64,000 bases of DNA from the human T2T-CHM13v2.0 reference genome, Homo sapiens, in NCBI RefSeq assembly GCF_009914755.1, contig NC_060948.1; one strand, 5' to 3'. Both the position numbers and the translations under genes were made by a program. Of the stretch, positions 1 to 15,158 are shown in pieces. Under the pieces are notes generated by a model. The model was not told the DNA's origin. It saw nothing but the letters and a program-made list of their open reading frames with translations, and ran no database searches. How positions within the stretch are numbered: position 1 is the stretch's first letter; every line of letters begins with the position of its first letter.

Positions 1-272
1 GACGCCAACCTGGGAGGCGGAGCTTGCAGTGGGCAGAGATTGTGCCACTGCCCTCCAGCCTGGGAGACAGAGCCAGACTCCGTCTCAAAAAAACAAAAAC
101 AAACAAACAAACAAACAAACAAATTAGCCAGGTGTGATGGCGCATACCTGTAATCCCAGCCATTCAGGAGTCTGAGGCAGGAGAATTGCTTGAACCTGGG
201 AGGCAGAGGGTGCAGTGAGCCAAGATCACACCAAGGTCCCCCAGCCTGGGTGACAGAGCAAGTATCTGTCTA
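1..272 (+). mobile_element. 3' end of an AluY-like element with (AAAC)n tail, followed by the right arm of an older Alu
   Basis: GGGAGGCGGAGCTTGCAGTG...GACTCCGTCTC plus A-rich tail to ~122, then AAATTAGCCAGGTGTGATGG...GGGTGACAGAGC. Confidence 0.9.
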
Positions 273-338
273 AAATACAATTCAATGCAATACAATACAA
301 TACAATACAATACAATACAATACAATACAATACAATAC
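273..338 (+). repeat. (CAATA)n microsatellite in Alu tail
   Basis: About 10 perfect CAATA units at 288-337. Confidence 0.95.
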
Positions 339-3098
339 TTTGGGTGATAAGTTCTGTTAGATCATATATTCCTCAATGGAAGGTTTTCAAATGAAGAGTC
401 GATAATTTCCAATAGTTTTTAAGAGATATTTATTTGTATTTAAAAAAAATTTAAGACAGAGATATGTTATGTGATCCACACAAATGGAAATAAATTAGAA
501 AATGATAAAGTCATTTAAACATAGTAGAAATCTATAGATTTCAAAGCAAGCGGAACACTTAGTTACAGCTGATGGTACCATATACCAGTAAATAAAGGGA
601 GTACTTATAAATTGCACATTTTTAAAAAATTAAAGATGAAGGACCCAATTTTAGCATTTTATCAGATAGTTCTGTGAAAATTTCCCTTTTAGAACTTTAT
701 GAACTAGAGCTTTAAGTCAGCTTGATAAATCTGTGTTTACTGGGTATGGATGTATTCAACTGTCGCTTTACTGGCATATTTTTTTTCCTCCTTTGATTCC
801 ATACTTACCAAGTTATTGAGAGTCTAATACAGCAAGAGGAGATGGTATATATGTCACAACTTCCAGTAAATCTCTGACATTTTCATCTATATCTCTAAGT
901 TTGTCCTCTGGTTGGAATTATTTCAGACATTTAAGAGAAGAGATTGGTTAGAGTTAGCATTTGGGAGTTTAGTCATGCCTGGATCACAACTGGATTAAGT
1001 TTTAAACCTTACAGCTCTGGGTAGTAAAATTCCTAAACTGATGACATTTTGTTGTTTTTTCGGGTGACCATGGATGGTAGCTATTTTAACACCCCCATGA
1101 TTTTAATCTTAGTGGCCATCACTAATTATATAAGTAAAAGCAGGAGTGTAAGTGTGAGTTGACAACCACAAAAATTAGGCATCTTCCACTCATAACTGTT
1201 AGAAATTACATGTTATATATTAGGTAAGAAATACTGTATAGCAGTTGACTAAATTGATGTTAGATAAAATGTGAGAGTGGAAAAAAATAGACGATTGCAT
1301 AATTTTGAAAGGTTTAGCTCAACATGTTGCTGCCATTTTAAACACAAATAATGACATTAAAGAAAGACACTAAGTAATTTTAATCAAATTATGTTAAAGT
1401 TCTTAAAACTGATGGAGCAACTACCTAAAAATAGGGGATTCTGTAATTACATATTTGTAATTACTGAATAACTTTCTTTGTCATTTTAGAACACATCGAG
1501 GTCTCTACTACCTTTTTCTCTCTCTCTTCCTCTTTCTCCCCCTCTCTTCTGTCCATTTCCCCCTTCCTCTTCCTCCCATTTCTGCCATCTTCTCTCTCTC
1601 ACACACACACTTTAATGATAGCTCAATTTCACAAGACCAGTTAGCAAGACACTTTATATATTTTTCTCTTAAGTCTTCTCTATATGCCCCATTCACAGCT
1701 TCTAAAAATACGGGCATCTGTCTTCTTCCAAATTGCAAAAGGAGAGAAAAGTATATTTTGATCCATGCCCAGAGCAATGGTCTCAGTGCCACATGAAGTC
1801 CTCTGAACACTTGATCTGGACTGATTAATAGGGTGTGAGTTAGTTACTATTCCAGGAAGCACAAACACCAATTTAGTATGTCTAAATACTAAGATCTGAA
1901 TATAAATTCTGCATCAACGGAAGACTCTTCTCAAATTAACTCCCCCCAGTTCTATGAACTCTCATGTTGCACCTGGCTCACCAAACTAAGCTTATTTTCT
2001 TTCCATAAGTTATTGTGTTTGGGATTCACTGTTCCCCTCCGCTAACTGCAGGACTTGATTGAAGACAACAACCTTCAAGTATTTTTGTCCTTGGTCTTCT
2101 AAAACTACATAAGCTTTCTTGCAAAGGTATTTCTTCCAACCTTATGGTCCTCTCAGGTTAAGGCAACCTAGACTACATCATAAGAAGCCCAGATAGTCTC
2201 GTTTTTCTCTCTCCTATGCAATAGATATTCATCCCCTTTTCATTAGTATAACTAAGTGGAGTCATTCAACTATAAATAAGGACAACTTTCCATGTTAAAT
2301 GATTTTGTCTTCTCTCCTATAGACAGGGAAGCAGCTGACAAAAAAAAATTAACCTTACTTCAACATGTACCTATTTCATATTTGCACCTGATTAAATGTA
2401 TGTAATAGTGCAAACACAATAATGCTTTCTAGATCTTCATTCCATTTATCAAGGTAAATATCAGAGGCATTTGTTCCACACAGTGAGAAGAACTGAGACA
2501 TGAGCATGGACAATTGACTTTGTGATCACTGAAAATGTTATAGGCATTGCTTACAAATTCAGAATATGATGAACCACTCAGAAAAGGGAGAATGATTCTT
2601 ATAATGATAATGACCACTAGTTTTGTTATATCTTACATCCAAAAGGATCATAAATTGCTTAACAACTCCACAACTACAAATCAATATGAGAATCATTTTG
2701 TATACAATTAAAATATGTCAGCTGTCTCATGGAGTACGGCAAAATTAATCAACAGTTTAGGGCCGGAATTGGAAAAAAAAAAAGTTAAAGCAAAAATGAC
2801 TGAGATAGGCATGAGGTAATTATACAGTCTGTGAGTAATCCATGCATCTAGGAGGGAGAGTGAAGTTTCCCCCACGTGCTAAGGAAACAGAATTTAATAA
2901 CATAAACACACACGTGCCTGCACACACTCACACATACACACATTTATTCCTTCAGAACTGAGGCTTGAAAATAAACTGAGAACATGAAAAAAAATAAAGT
3001 CATCTTAAATGTATTGGATGGTCCCCATTTCAATCTGTAACTATATTTAGTTTCTCCACCTATTTAAAGACATTATATGTCTATCAGAAGGAAAACCA

Positions 3099-3380
3099 GG
3101 CTGGGCACAATGGCTCATGCCTGTTATTCCAGCATTTCAGGAGTCCAAGGTGGGCAGATCACTTGCGGCCAGGAGGTCAAGACCAGACTGGCCAACATGG
3201 CAAAACCCCTTCTGTACCAAAAATACAAAAAAAGGTATACAGACATGGTGGCATATGCCTGTAATCCCACATAGTCAGGAGGCTAAGACAGGAAAATCTC
3301 TTGAATCTGGGAGGTGAAACAGAGCTGAGATTGTGCCACGGCACTCCAGCCTGGGCAACAGAGAGAAACTGTGTCTCAAA
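3099..3380 (+). mobile_element. Alu (S-like)
   Basis: GGCTGGGCACAATGGCTCATGCCTG start, A-rich linker, right arm ending GTCTCAAAA. Confidence 0.93.
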
Positions 3381-3670
3381 AGGAAGAAAGAAAGAAAAGA
3401 AAGAAAGGAAAGAAAGGGAAGAGAGAAAGAGAGAAAGAGAGGAAGAGAGGAAGGGAGGAAGGGAGGAAGGGAGAGAGAGAAAGAGAAAAAGAAAGAGAGA
3501 AAGAGAGAGAAGGAGGGAGGGGAGACAGAGAAGGAAAGGGAGGAAGGAAGGAAGAAAAATAAAAGAAAAAGAAAAAAGAGAAGACAAAACAAGAAAAGAA
3601 AAGAGAGAGGAGAGACTGAGGGAGGGAGGGAAGAACGGAGGGAGGGATTGAGGGACAGAGGAAGGAAGGA
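3381..3670 (+). repeat. GA-rich polypurine tract
   Basis: Nearly pure purine (GAAA/GGAA/GAGA) for ~290 bp. Confidence 0.95.
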
Positions 3671-4888
3671 AAACTGTGCTGATTGGTAAATTAGAATAGA
3701 AAACAAATAGCCAGTACCAGCCACTATTTCTGCAACAACCAGGATATAGACAGTTGATATCATAATCCCACTCAGTAAACCATTGTTCTTTTGGAGGAGG
3801 AGAGATTAAATTATTTTGGTTTGGTAACATAATTTAGTTCACCTTCTCCACTCTTTGCTCACAAAAACAAACAGAAAACCTAAATTATCATTTTGCTTGC
3901 CATGTAGGTCTACACACATGGATAGAGAATACACTAGTTTTATATATCTCTTAATAACCTAGCTTCAGTGAGATATGTACGTTGTAAATTAATAATGTGA
4001 TGTGCTAGTATTGTCAGTCTTGAATTTGGGTTGTTTTGCATCTCCTGCCTCTGAGCAACAAATCAACTCACCATGCATTCATAAGCTCAAGTTTCTGAAT
4101 CTTCATTTTTAAGATACAGAACCTGGAAGGTCACAAAATCATCTCTTAGGACATGTCTAATAAACAAGGAAAATGTTAACAAAGTATGTATATATTTGTT
4201 TGTGCAGTAAAAACAACCTACATGATACATTTAATAAGTGTTATTATAGTGCTAGGCTCTCCAAGAATGAAGTCCACCTGCCCAAAATGAGATTGAAATT
4301 TGATAAGTGTTTAAACTGTGTTTAGGCTAGAAAATTCCCTACAATTTTTGATATAAGCATTACATTCCAAATTTTATGCACACACATAAACTCAGAAAAT
4401 GTGTAATTTTAAAATACACCTAAGTAATTCAATGGGGAAAATAAAATGCATTGATTTATGCTGATGAGGATTTCTTAAGAAACATTTTTCTCTGTAGATA
4501 TATACTCAACACTGCTAATTGTTTAATAAGGACAATTTCTTCACATATCATGAGGTACTTGTATGTAATTTCTTGTCCTAATCATTACAAAGTTGTGCAC
4601 TAGCTGTGAAGTTCTCTAATTTCCCCACACCAAATAGCAATTGTTAGACTTATCTATCAAATACCTTTAACTACTGCCTTTATCTATTTTCTGTCATCAA
4701 ACTATTGCTATTTCCCCATAATTATAGCTTTCTTTTTATTATTGCTTTTTTAAAATCATTTGTTTTCTCATAGCCGTTGCTTGGTGCCTTTGCAGAAAAT
4801 AAATAGACTATACTTAGGTGGGTCGATATCTATACTTTCTATGCAAATGTCATATTTTTATTGCTTACACTAGTTTATTATGGTTGTT

Positions 4889-5007
4889 TTAGAGATGAGG
4901 TCTTGCTATGTTGCCCAGGTTAGACTCCAGTTCCTGGAGTCAAGTGATCCTCCTGCCTCAGCCTCCAGAGAACCTGGGACTACAGGTACATGCCACCAAG
5001 TGCAGCT
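4889..5007 (-). mobile_element. Alu monomer / FLAM-like fragment within old L1M-like sequence
   Basis: TAGAGATGAGGTCTTGCTATGTTGCCCAGG...GATCCTCCTGCCTCAGCCTCC. Confidence 0.8.
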
Positions 5008-5865
5008 CATTTACTCTAATATTAAAGTAAGTAATAAAATTAGGTAAAGTCCTCTAACTTCACTCTTTCAAAACTTGTCTTAGCTGTTCTAGATGCTCCG
5101 ACCCCAAGAAAAGTCCTGCTTTAAAAAAAATCCTGACTTTCATTTGGATTAAGCTGAAGGTACAGATCAATTTTACAAAATTGGAAATTATTACACTACT
5201 GAGTCTTCCAGACTACAAACATGTGACTTATCTGTTTATTCAGGTTTTTTGATATCCTTCCATCAAGGATATATATTTTTTTGATATAGAGACTTGCATG
5301 TTTTCTTTAGATTTAGTCCCAAGAATTTTATGGATTGTATAGTCCTGTAAACAATTCCATTTTTCATTTTGATTTTCTACTTGTGTATATGCATGCATAA
5401 AGGTAATCCACCAGAAGGTATGATTTTGAGTTCTTTTTTATTATACAGTCTCTTTATCATATATAGGAGGGTTACTTATTTTTCTAATGTGCTGAGAGCT
5501 TTTATCATGAAGATAGGAAGATTTTTGTCAAATGCTTTCTCTTTTACATCTGAGATGAGTGTACATTGTTTCTTCAATTAATGAGGTATATGAGATGTAC
5601 ATTTATTCATTGAAAAATGTGAATGCTCAGTGATTTAACTAATTCACATTTATTGATATCTATGTAGAATAATTTCTACCAAGAATTTTGTTTTCTAATT
5701 TAACTTTATTATAATTAACTAATTATAATTACTATAACTAATAATTAACTTTATTATAATTAACTATTATAATAGAAATATTAGTTAAATCCTGGGGGGA
5801 ATTTCTGTTACTTCTGTCAGCGTAACTTTGAAAACTAGATTAAAGTCTTTAAATACAAATGGTTT

Positions 5866-6334
5866 TGAGAGGAGAGAAAGACCCTCTCGCATTGTTTTAT
5901 ATTGTTTCATATTCAGTAAAAACAACAGGGAAGTAAAACCAAAGACAGGCAGCCCAGTGCCAGGCCCGAAACCAGGCCTGGGCCCACCTGGCCTAAACCC
6001 AGTAGTTAAAAATCAACTTATGATTTAGAAGCTGGTGTTATTCATAAATTCCTTACACTGTGTAAAAGAACATTGTGAGACTCCCTGCCCTGTTCTCTTC
6101 CTCCCTGACCACCAGTGCATGCAGCCCCTGTCACGTACCCCTTGCTTGCTCAAATCAATCACGACCCTTTCATGTGAAATCTTTAGTGTTGTGAGCCCTT
6201 AAAATGGACAGAAATTGTGCACTCAGGGAGCTTGGATTTTAAGGCAGTAGCTTGCTGATGCTCACAGCTGAATAAAGTCCTCCCTTCTACAGCTCAGTGT
6301 CTGAGAGGTTTTGTCTGCGGCTGGTCCGGCTACA
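5866..6334 (+). promoter_or_regulatory. 5' LTR (LTR2B/2C-like)
   Basis: TGAGAGGAGAGAAAGACCCTCT...GGCTACA; AATAAA at 6271; roughly 94% identical to 14619-15086 by manual comparison. Confidence 0.93.
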
Positions 6335-6338
6335 TTTC

Positions 6339-6357
6339 TGGCTTTCCTGACCAAGAG
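6339..6357 (+). promoter_or_regulatory. Degenerate primer-binding site, tRNA-Glu type
   Basis: TGGCTTTCCTGACCAAGAG just after the LTR, versus expected TGGTTCCCTGACCGGGAA. Confidence 0.65.
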
Positions 6358-6598
6358 GGAAATAAGGTAATTGATGGACAGCCAAGGCAGCCCCTTAGGC
6401 AGCTTAGGCCTGCCCTGTGGAGCCTCCCTGCGGGGGACTCCGGCCAGCCTGAGTGACTCGATCCAAAAAGCTCTCCCAGGTAGGAAATTGCCCCAGTGGA
6501 ATGCCTCACCAGAGCAGCACATAGCAGGCACCCACAGAGGATTAACACAGTGGCTGAACACCAGGAAGGAAGTGGCAGTTGGAGTCTGGATATCTAAA

Positions 6599-6824
6599 AC
6601 TTGGTAAGACTAGTTTTTTGAACTTGCCCCACTCCACCTGAGTGGAAGCGTGGCCTGACCACCAACAGAATGCCTGTATTGGCACCTTTGTTTCGGTTTT
6701 GACTTGGCTTGACTTGGTGAGACTAGTCTTTTGAACTTGCCCCACTCCACCTGAGTGGAAGCATGGCCTGATCACCCATGGTGTGCCTGTACTGGCACCT
6801 TTGTTCTGGTTTTGACTTGACTTG
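6599..6824 (+). repeat. 113-bp tandem duplication in proviral leader, each copy with a splice-donor motif
   Basis: ACTTGGTAAGACTAG... at 6599 and ACTTGGTGAGACTAG... at 6712, both continuing GAACTTGCCCCACTCCACCTGAGTGGAAGC. Confidence 0.9.
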
Positions 6825-6992
6825 AATTGCTGGATACTTTGGTTTCAGTTTTTGACCTGGCTTAGATTTCTAGATACTCTGATTTTAGTTTTGATTTTGG
6901 TTTGATGTAAACTGCAAAAGTGTGTGTGTGCCCCTTTTACCTGTTCTTGTTTTATGGTGTGTGTGTGTGGTGTGAGTGTGATGTTTTGTCTC

Positions 6993-7044
6993 AAAACAAA
7001 AACAAAACAAAACAAAACAAAACAAAACAAAACAAAAAAAAAAC
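6993..7044 (+). repeat. (AAAAC)n microsatellite directly before gag
   Basis: Directly visible. Confidence 0.95.
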
Positions 7045-8601
7045 ATAGGTCAGGCGCAAAGTAAGCCCACCCCACTGGGAACTACGTTAAAAAAATTTCA
7101 AGGAGGATTTAATAAAGACTATGGAGTCTCTATGACTCCAAGAAAACTTAAAACTTTGTGTGAAATAGACTGGCCAGCATTAGATGTAGGTTGGCTATCA
7201 GAAGGAAGCCCAGATAGGTCTTTAGTTTCTAAGGTATGGCACAAAGTAACTGGCAAGCCGGGACACCCAGATCAATTTCCATATATAGATTCCTGGTTAC
7301 AGCTAGTATTAGATCTTCCACAGTGGTTAAGGGGACAGACAGGCAGCAGCAGTACTAGCAGCAAAAGGACAGTTAGTTAAGGAAGGTTCTTACTCCACTG
7401 GCCAAAAGAAACCAGCACATAAAATTCTGTTTGACCCAGAGTCCGAGGACTCAGGGCAGGAGATGGCACCAACAGTGTCCCACCCCACTTATCAAGCCAG
7501 GAGCCCCCCTTCTCCTAGGCTCACAGCCCCTAGATCACCAAGAGTAGACAAGAAAGAAAGTGAAGCTGCAGGAAAAACTCCTCCCCTGGTGGCCCGCTTA
7601 TGGCCCAAGACTGGAATTCAAATGCCTCTGAAAGAGCAGTGATATACTAGGATAGAGGAGAATGGACACATGGTGGAAAGGCATGCCTTTGTGTATCACC
7701 CTTTTACCTCTGCTGATCTTCTCAATTGGAAAAATAATACTCTATCTTACACTGAAAAGCCTCAAGCCCTAATTAACTTGCTTCAAATAATTATCCAGAC
7801 TCATAATCCTATTTGGGCTGATTGCCACCAGCTACTCATGTACCTCTTTAACACAGATGAAAGGCGAAAGGTAATGGCTAGAGGAGCACATCCCAGCCAA
7901 TTACCAAAATCCCCAGGAATATATAAGAATTCAGCTGCCAGGAACGGACCCTCAATAGGATCCAAATGAAGGACTAGATATGGAGAGGCTACGATGGTAC
8001 TGAGAGACATTAATTGAAAGGTTGAAAAAAGGGGCTGAAAAGGTTGCCTATGTAAATAAAGTTTCTGAAGTCATCCAAGGAAAGGAGGAAAGCCCAGCCC
8101 AGTCCTATGAAAGACAGTATGAGGCCTATCTTATGTACACTCCTTTCGATCTGGAGAGTCCTGAGAATCAGAGTATGATGAATATGGCCTTAGTTAGTCA
8201 CAGCATGGAATATATCCAGAGAAAATTGCAAAAACAGTTAAGTTTTCAAGAATGAATACCTCGCAGTTACTGGAAATAGCTAATCAAGTATTTGTAAACA
8301 GAGATACAACAAGCCACCGAGAAAGCCTTAAGGAAGGCGAACGCCAGGCCAGGCAAAACGCTGGTTTGCTGCCGGTGGCATTTAGAGGAATTCCCCCGAA
8401 AAGGCAGAGAAAGAGGGGTTCCAGGAGGAATGCCCAGTCCAATCACTCACGTCTGCAGCATGACCAATATGCCTACTGTAAAGAAATAGGACATTGGAAA
8501 GATAAATGTCCCCAACTAAAACACAGAGTGATGCAGAACAAAAAACCTCAAACCAAGATGAAAGAACTTTGTTCAATCTAGCTGAGGGGCTGCTAGAATG
8601 A
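7045..8601 (+). pseudogene. gag: ERV gag remnant (MA, CA, NC)
   Basis: ATA(for ATG)-GQAQSKPTPLG; LCEIDWPAL; PFTSADLLNWK; MHR-like VIQGKEESPAQ; knuckle YAYCKEIGHWKDKC; TGA at 8599; several frameshifts. Confidence 0.88.
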
Positions 8602-11600
8602 AGGGGACTGGGCTCAAATACCCGCAAGAAGCGCATAGTCAGGACAACAATAGGGCGCAAGGACATTAAGTTTTTGGTTGATACCAGAGCTGAACACTCA
8701 GTAGTAACCACTCCAGTTGGCCCCCTTATCTAAAAAGACCATTGATATAATTGGAGCAACAGGAGTCTTTGCCAAGCAGGCTTTCTGCCTACTGCAGACC
8801 TGCTCGGTGGGAGGACACAATGTGATTCATCAATTTCTGTAAATGCCTGACTGCCCCTTGCCTTTGTTCGGAAAAGACTTGCTTAGCAAGCTGAAAGCCA
8901 CCATTTCCTTTACTAAACAAGGCTCTTTACAGCTGGAGTTGCCAGAAACAGGAGACATTATGGCCCTTACAATCCCCCAGGAAGAAAAGTAGAGACTTTT
9001 TCTAACTGAGTCAGGTCAGGAAATAAAACTGGCTGTAGCTAAGAGATGGCCTCGAGTATAGGCAGAGGACAATCCAGGACTGGCTATCAATCAAGCCCCT
9101 GTACTCATAGAAGTTTAGCCTAAGACCCAGCCAATCAGACAAAAGCAGTATCCTGTTCCCTGGGAAGCTCTTAAAGGAATACAAACTAATCTTAAATGCT
9201 TAAAAGCCTTTGGAATTATAGTTCCTTGTCATTCTCCATGGAACACCCCTGTGCTACCTGTCTCTAAACCAGGGATGAAAGACTATCGATCCGTACAGGA
9301 CTTACGCTTAGTAAACTAAGTCACAGTGACTCTGCACCCAACAATTCCTAACCCTTACACATTGCTAGGATTGCTGCCAGCTGAGGATGGTGGTTTACTT
9401 GCCTGGACTTGAAAGATGCTTTCTTTAGCATCAGGCTAGCTCCTGAGAGCCAAAAGCTGTTTATCTTTCAGTAGGAAGATGTGGAGTCAGGTGTCACCAC
9501 TCAATACACTTGGACTCGGCTTCCCCAACGGTTCAAAAATTCCCCCACCATCTTCAGGGAGGCATTGCCTCGAAACCTCCAAAAGTTTCCTGCTAAAGAC
9601 CTAGGCTGCATCTTACTCCAGTACATAGACAACCTTCTGCTAGGATACTCCACAGCAGTCGGGTGTGCAAGAAGGATGGATGCCTTGCTTCGACACCTGG
9701 AGGACTGTGGGTATAAGGTGTCCAAGAAGAAAGCTCAGATCTGCAGACAGCAGGTACACTACCTGAGATTCACTATTTGAAAAGGGAAGTGCAGCCTAAG
9801 GTCAGAAAGAAGGCTGGTCATCTGCAGCCTACCGGAACCTAAATCCAGGGGGCAAGTAAGAGAATTTCTAAGAGCTGTGAGGTTTTACAGATGGTAGATT
9901 CCAAACTTGGCGGTGCTAGCCAAACCATTGTATAGGGTTACAAAGGAAGGTGACAGAGAGCCTTTTGAATGGAGGCCTCTACAACAGCAAGTCTTTAATA
10001 AGTTAAAGGAAAACCTTATGTCAGCCCCAGCTTTAAGATTACCAGATTTGACAAAGCTCTTCACACTCTGTGTGTCAGAAAGAGAAAACATGGCAGTAGG
10101 AGTTTTAACTCAAACTGTAGGTTCCTGGCCAAGACCAGTGGCCTGCCTCTCAAAACAGCTAGATGGGGTTTCTAAAGGCTGGCATCCATGTCTGAGAGCC
10201 TTGGTGGCAATGGTCCTGTTAGCACAAGAAGCGGATAAGCTAACCCTTAGACAGAACCTAAATATAAAAGCCCCCCATGTGGTGGTAACTCTAATGAACA
10301 CCAAACGACACCATTGGCTAACAAATGCTAGATTAACTAAATAGCAAAGCTTGTTATGTGAGAACCCCGCATAACCATAGAAGTCTGTAACACTTTAAAT
10401 CCTGCCACTTTGCTCCCAGTATTTGACAGCTCTGTTAAACATAACTGTGTAGAGGTGTTAGATTCTGTCTATTCTAGCAGACCAGATCTTTGAGACCAGC
10501 CATAGGCATTGGTATATTAGGAGTTATATGTGGACAGGAGCAGCTTCATCAACCCACAAGGAGAAAGGTGCACAGGATATGTGGTAGTAACCTTAGGTGA
10601 TGTTGTTGAAGCTAAGCCATTGCCTCAGGGCACTTTGGCCTAAAAGACAGAACTCTTTGCTCTAACTCAGGCTCCAGAACTCAGTGAAGGTAAGACTGTA
10701 AACATCTATACTGATTCTCGATATGCCTTTCTAACCCTTCAAGTACGTGGAGCATTGTATAGAGAAAAAGGCCTGTTAAATTCTGGAAGAAAAGACATAA
10801 AATATCAACAAGAAATTCTACAATTATTAGAAGCAGTGTAGAAACCCCAAAGTGTGGCAGTGATGCATTGTAAGGGACATCAGAGACTTTACACCTCGGT
10901 GAGCCAAGAAAACTCCCAAGCAGACACAGAGGCATGAAAAGCAGCATCTACTACTTACCGGGCATCAGTCACAGCCCTGCTCCTCCTTCAAATGCTTGAT
11001 CTGGTGCCAACTTATTCTAAACAGGAACAAAATTTTTTTTCAGACAGAGGGAGAACAAACAATAAGAGAAAGATGGATAAAGTTATCAGATGGAAGAATA
11101 GCTGTGCCACAGCTGCTAGGAGCTGCAGTTGTGCTTGCTGTACATAAAACTATCCATTTAGGCCAAGAATCACTTGAAAAACTGTTAGGCCAGTATTTCT
11201 ACATCTCACACTTGCCAGCTCTTGCTAAAACAGTAGCACAGCAATGTGTTACCTGTCAACAACGCCATGCAAAGCAAGGCCCCTCTGTTCCTCCTGGCAT
11301 ACAAGCCTATAGAGTGGCTTCTTTTGAAAATCTTCAAGTAGACTTCACAGAGATGCCTAAATGTGGAGGTAACAAGTATGTACTGGTTCTAATGTGTACT
11401 TATTCTAGGTAAGTGGAGGCTTATCCTACACAAACTGAAAAAGCTCACGAAGTAACCCATGTGCTTCTTCAAGATCTCATCCCTAGGTTTAGACTGCCTC
11501 TATGAATTGGCTCACATAATAGGTCAACATTTGTAGCTGACTTGGTACAGAAAACAGCAAAGGTATTAAGAATCTCAAAGAAGTTACATGCCGCTTACCA

Positions 11601-12190
11601 ACCACAGAGATCCGGAAAGGTAGAGTGAAAGAATTGAACTATCAAACTTAGTTTAAGGAAAGTATGTCAGGAGATGGGATTCAAATAGATACAAGTCCTT
11701 CCTATAGTATTGTTTAAAATTAGGTGTACCTCCTCTAAGAGAACAGGATACTCCCCCTGTGAAATTCGGTATCATAGGCCTCCTCCCATACCGTGAGGAC
11801 TTCCAGGTACCCCCCAAGAGTTAGGTGAGATTGAATGACAGTAGCAGCTACAGGACTTAAGGAAAATTTCTCAGACTATCTCAACTTAAATAAATGAGAG
11901 GTGCCTAGTCAGCTTATTCTCCCCCATTCACCTTTTTTCTCCACGTGACCATGTGTAGATCAAGGACTAGAACGTGGCTCCACTGTGGCCTTGGTAGAAG
12001 GGACCCCAGATCATTATCCTGACCACTCCCACAGCTATAAAGGTAGAAGGAATCCCAAACTAGATTCACACAGCTGCGTGAAGCCTGCAACCGCTAAGAC
12101 CTAGGAGGCCAGACCAAGCCTGGACAATATCTGCAAAGTGACCTTGAAGACAACAAGAAGCCCTGCTTCAGTCACACCTGGAAGCTGACT
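8602..12190 (+). pseudogene. pol: ERV pro-pol remnant (protease, RT, RNase H, integrase)
   Basis: FLVDTRA protease motif (8680), SPWNTP, WTRLPQRFKNSP, YIDN (9622) for YVDD, IYTDSRYAF, HKTIH...CVTC, VDFTE; many stops. Confidence 0.9.
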
Positions 12191-12195
12191 GGTCT

Positions 12196-14590
<2,395 letters not shown>

Positions 14591-14606
14591 AATTAGTGAA
14601 AGTCTC

Positions 14607-14618
14607 AAAGAGGGGAAA
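14607..14618 (+). promoter_or_regulatory. Polypurine tract
   Basis: AAAGAGGGGAAA abutting the 3' LTR. Confidence 0.8.
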
Positions 14619-15086
14619 TGAGAAGAGAGAAAGACCCTCTTGCATTGTTTTATATTGTTTCATATTCAGTAAAAACAACAAGGAAGTAAAACCAAAGACC
14701 CGCAGCCCAGTGACCGCCCGAAACCAGGCCTGGGCCCACCTGGCCTAAACCCAGTAGTTAAAAATCAACTTATGATTTAGAAGCTGATGTTATTCATAAA
14801 TTCCTTACATTGTGTAAAAGAACATTGTGAGACTCCCTGCCCTGTTCTGATCCTCCCTGACCACCAGTGCAAGCAGCCCCTGTCATGTACCCCTTGCTTG
14901 CTCAAATCAATCACGACCCTTTCATGTGAAATCTTTAGTGTTGTGAGTCCTTAAAAAGGACAGAAATTGTGCACTCAGGGAGCTTGGATTTTAAGGCAGT
15001 AGCTTGCTGATGCTCCCAGCTGAATAAAGCCCTTCCTTCTACAACTAGGTGTCTGAGAAGTTTTGTCTGCAGCTCATCCTGCTACA
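14619..15086 (+). promoter_or_regulatory. 3' LTR (LTR2B/2C-like)
   Basis: TGAGAAGAGAGAAAGACCCTCT...CCTGCTACA; AATAAA at 15023. Confidence 0.93.
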
Positions 15087-15158
15087 GTATGTTTGAAAGG
15101 ATTACAATAGCTCAACAATAAAAATAATTACCTCTATTCTATTCTAAGAGAAAAATCA

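Noticed and set aside
3177-3830. Long Lys/Arg/Glu-rich and Phe/Leu/Ser-rich ORFs (also at 15287-15823, 28538-29179, 57041-57547)
   Set aside because: They result from stop-free GA/CT simple repeats joined to Alu sequence
5690-5780. TTATAA(T/C)TAACT reiterations upstream of the provirus
   Set aside because: Short AT-rich slippage repeat without spacer or array structure
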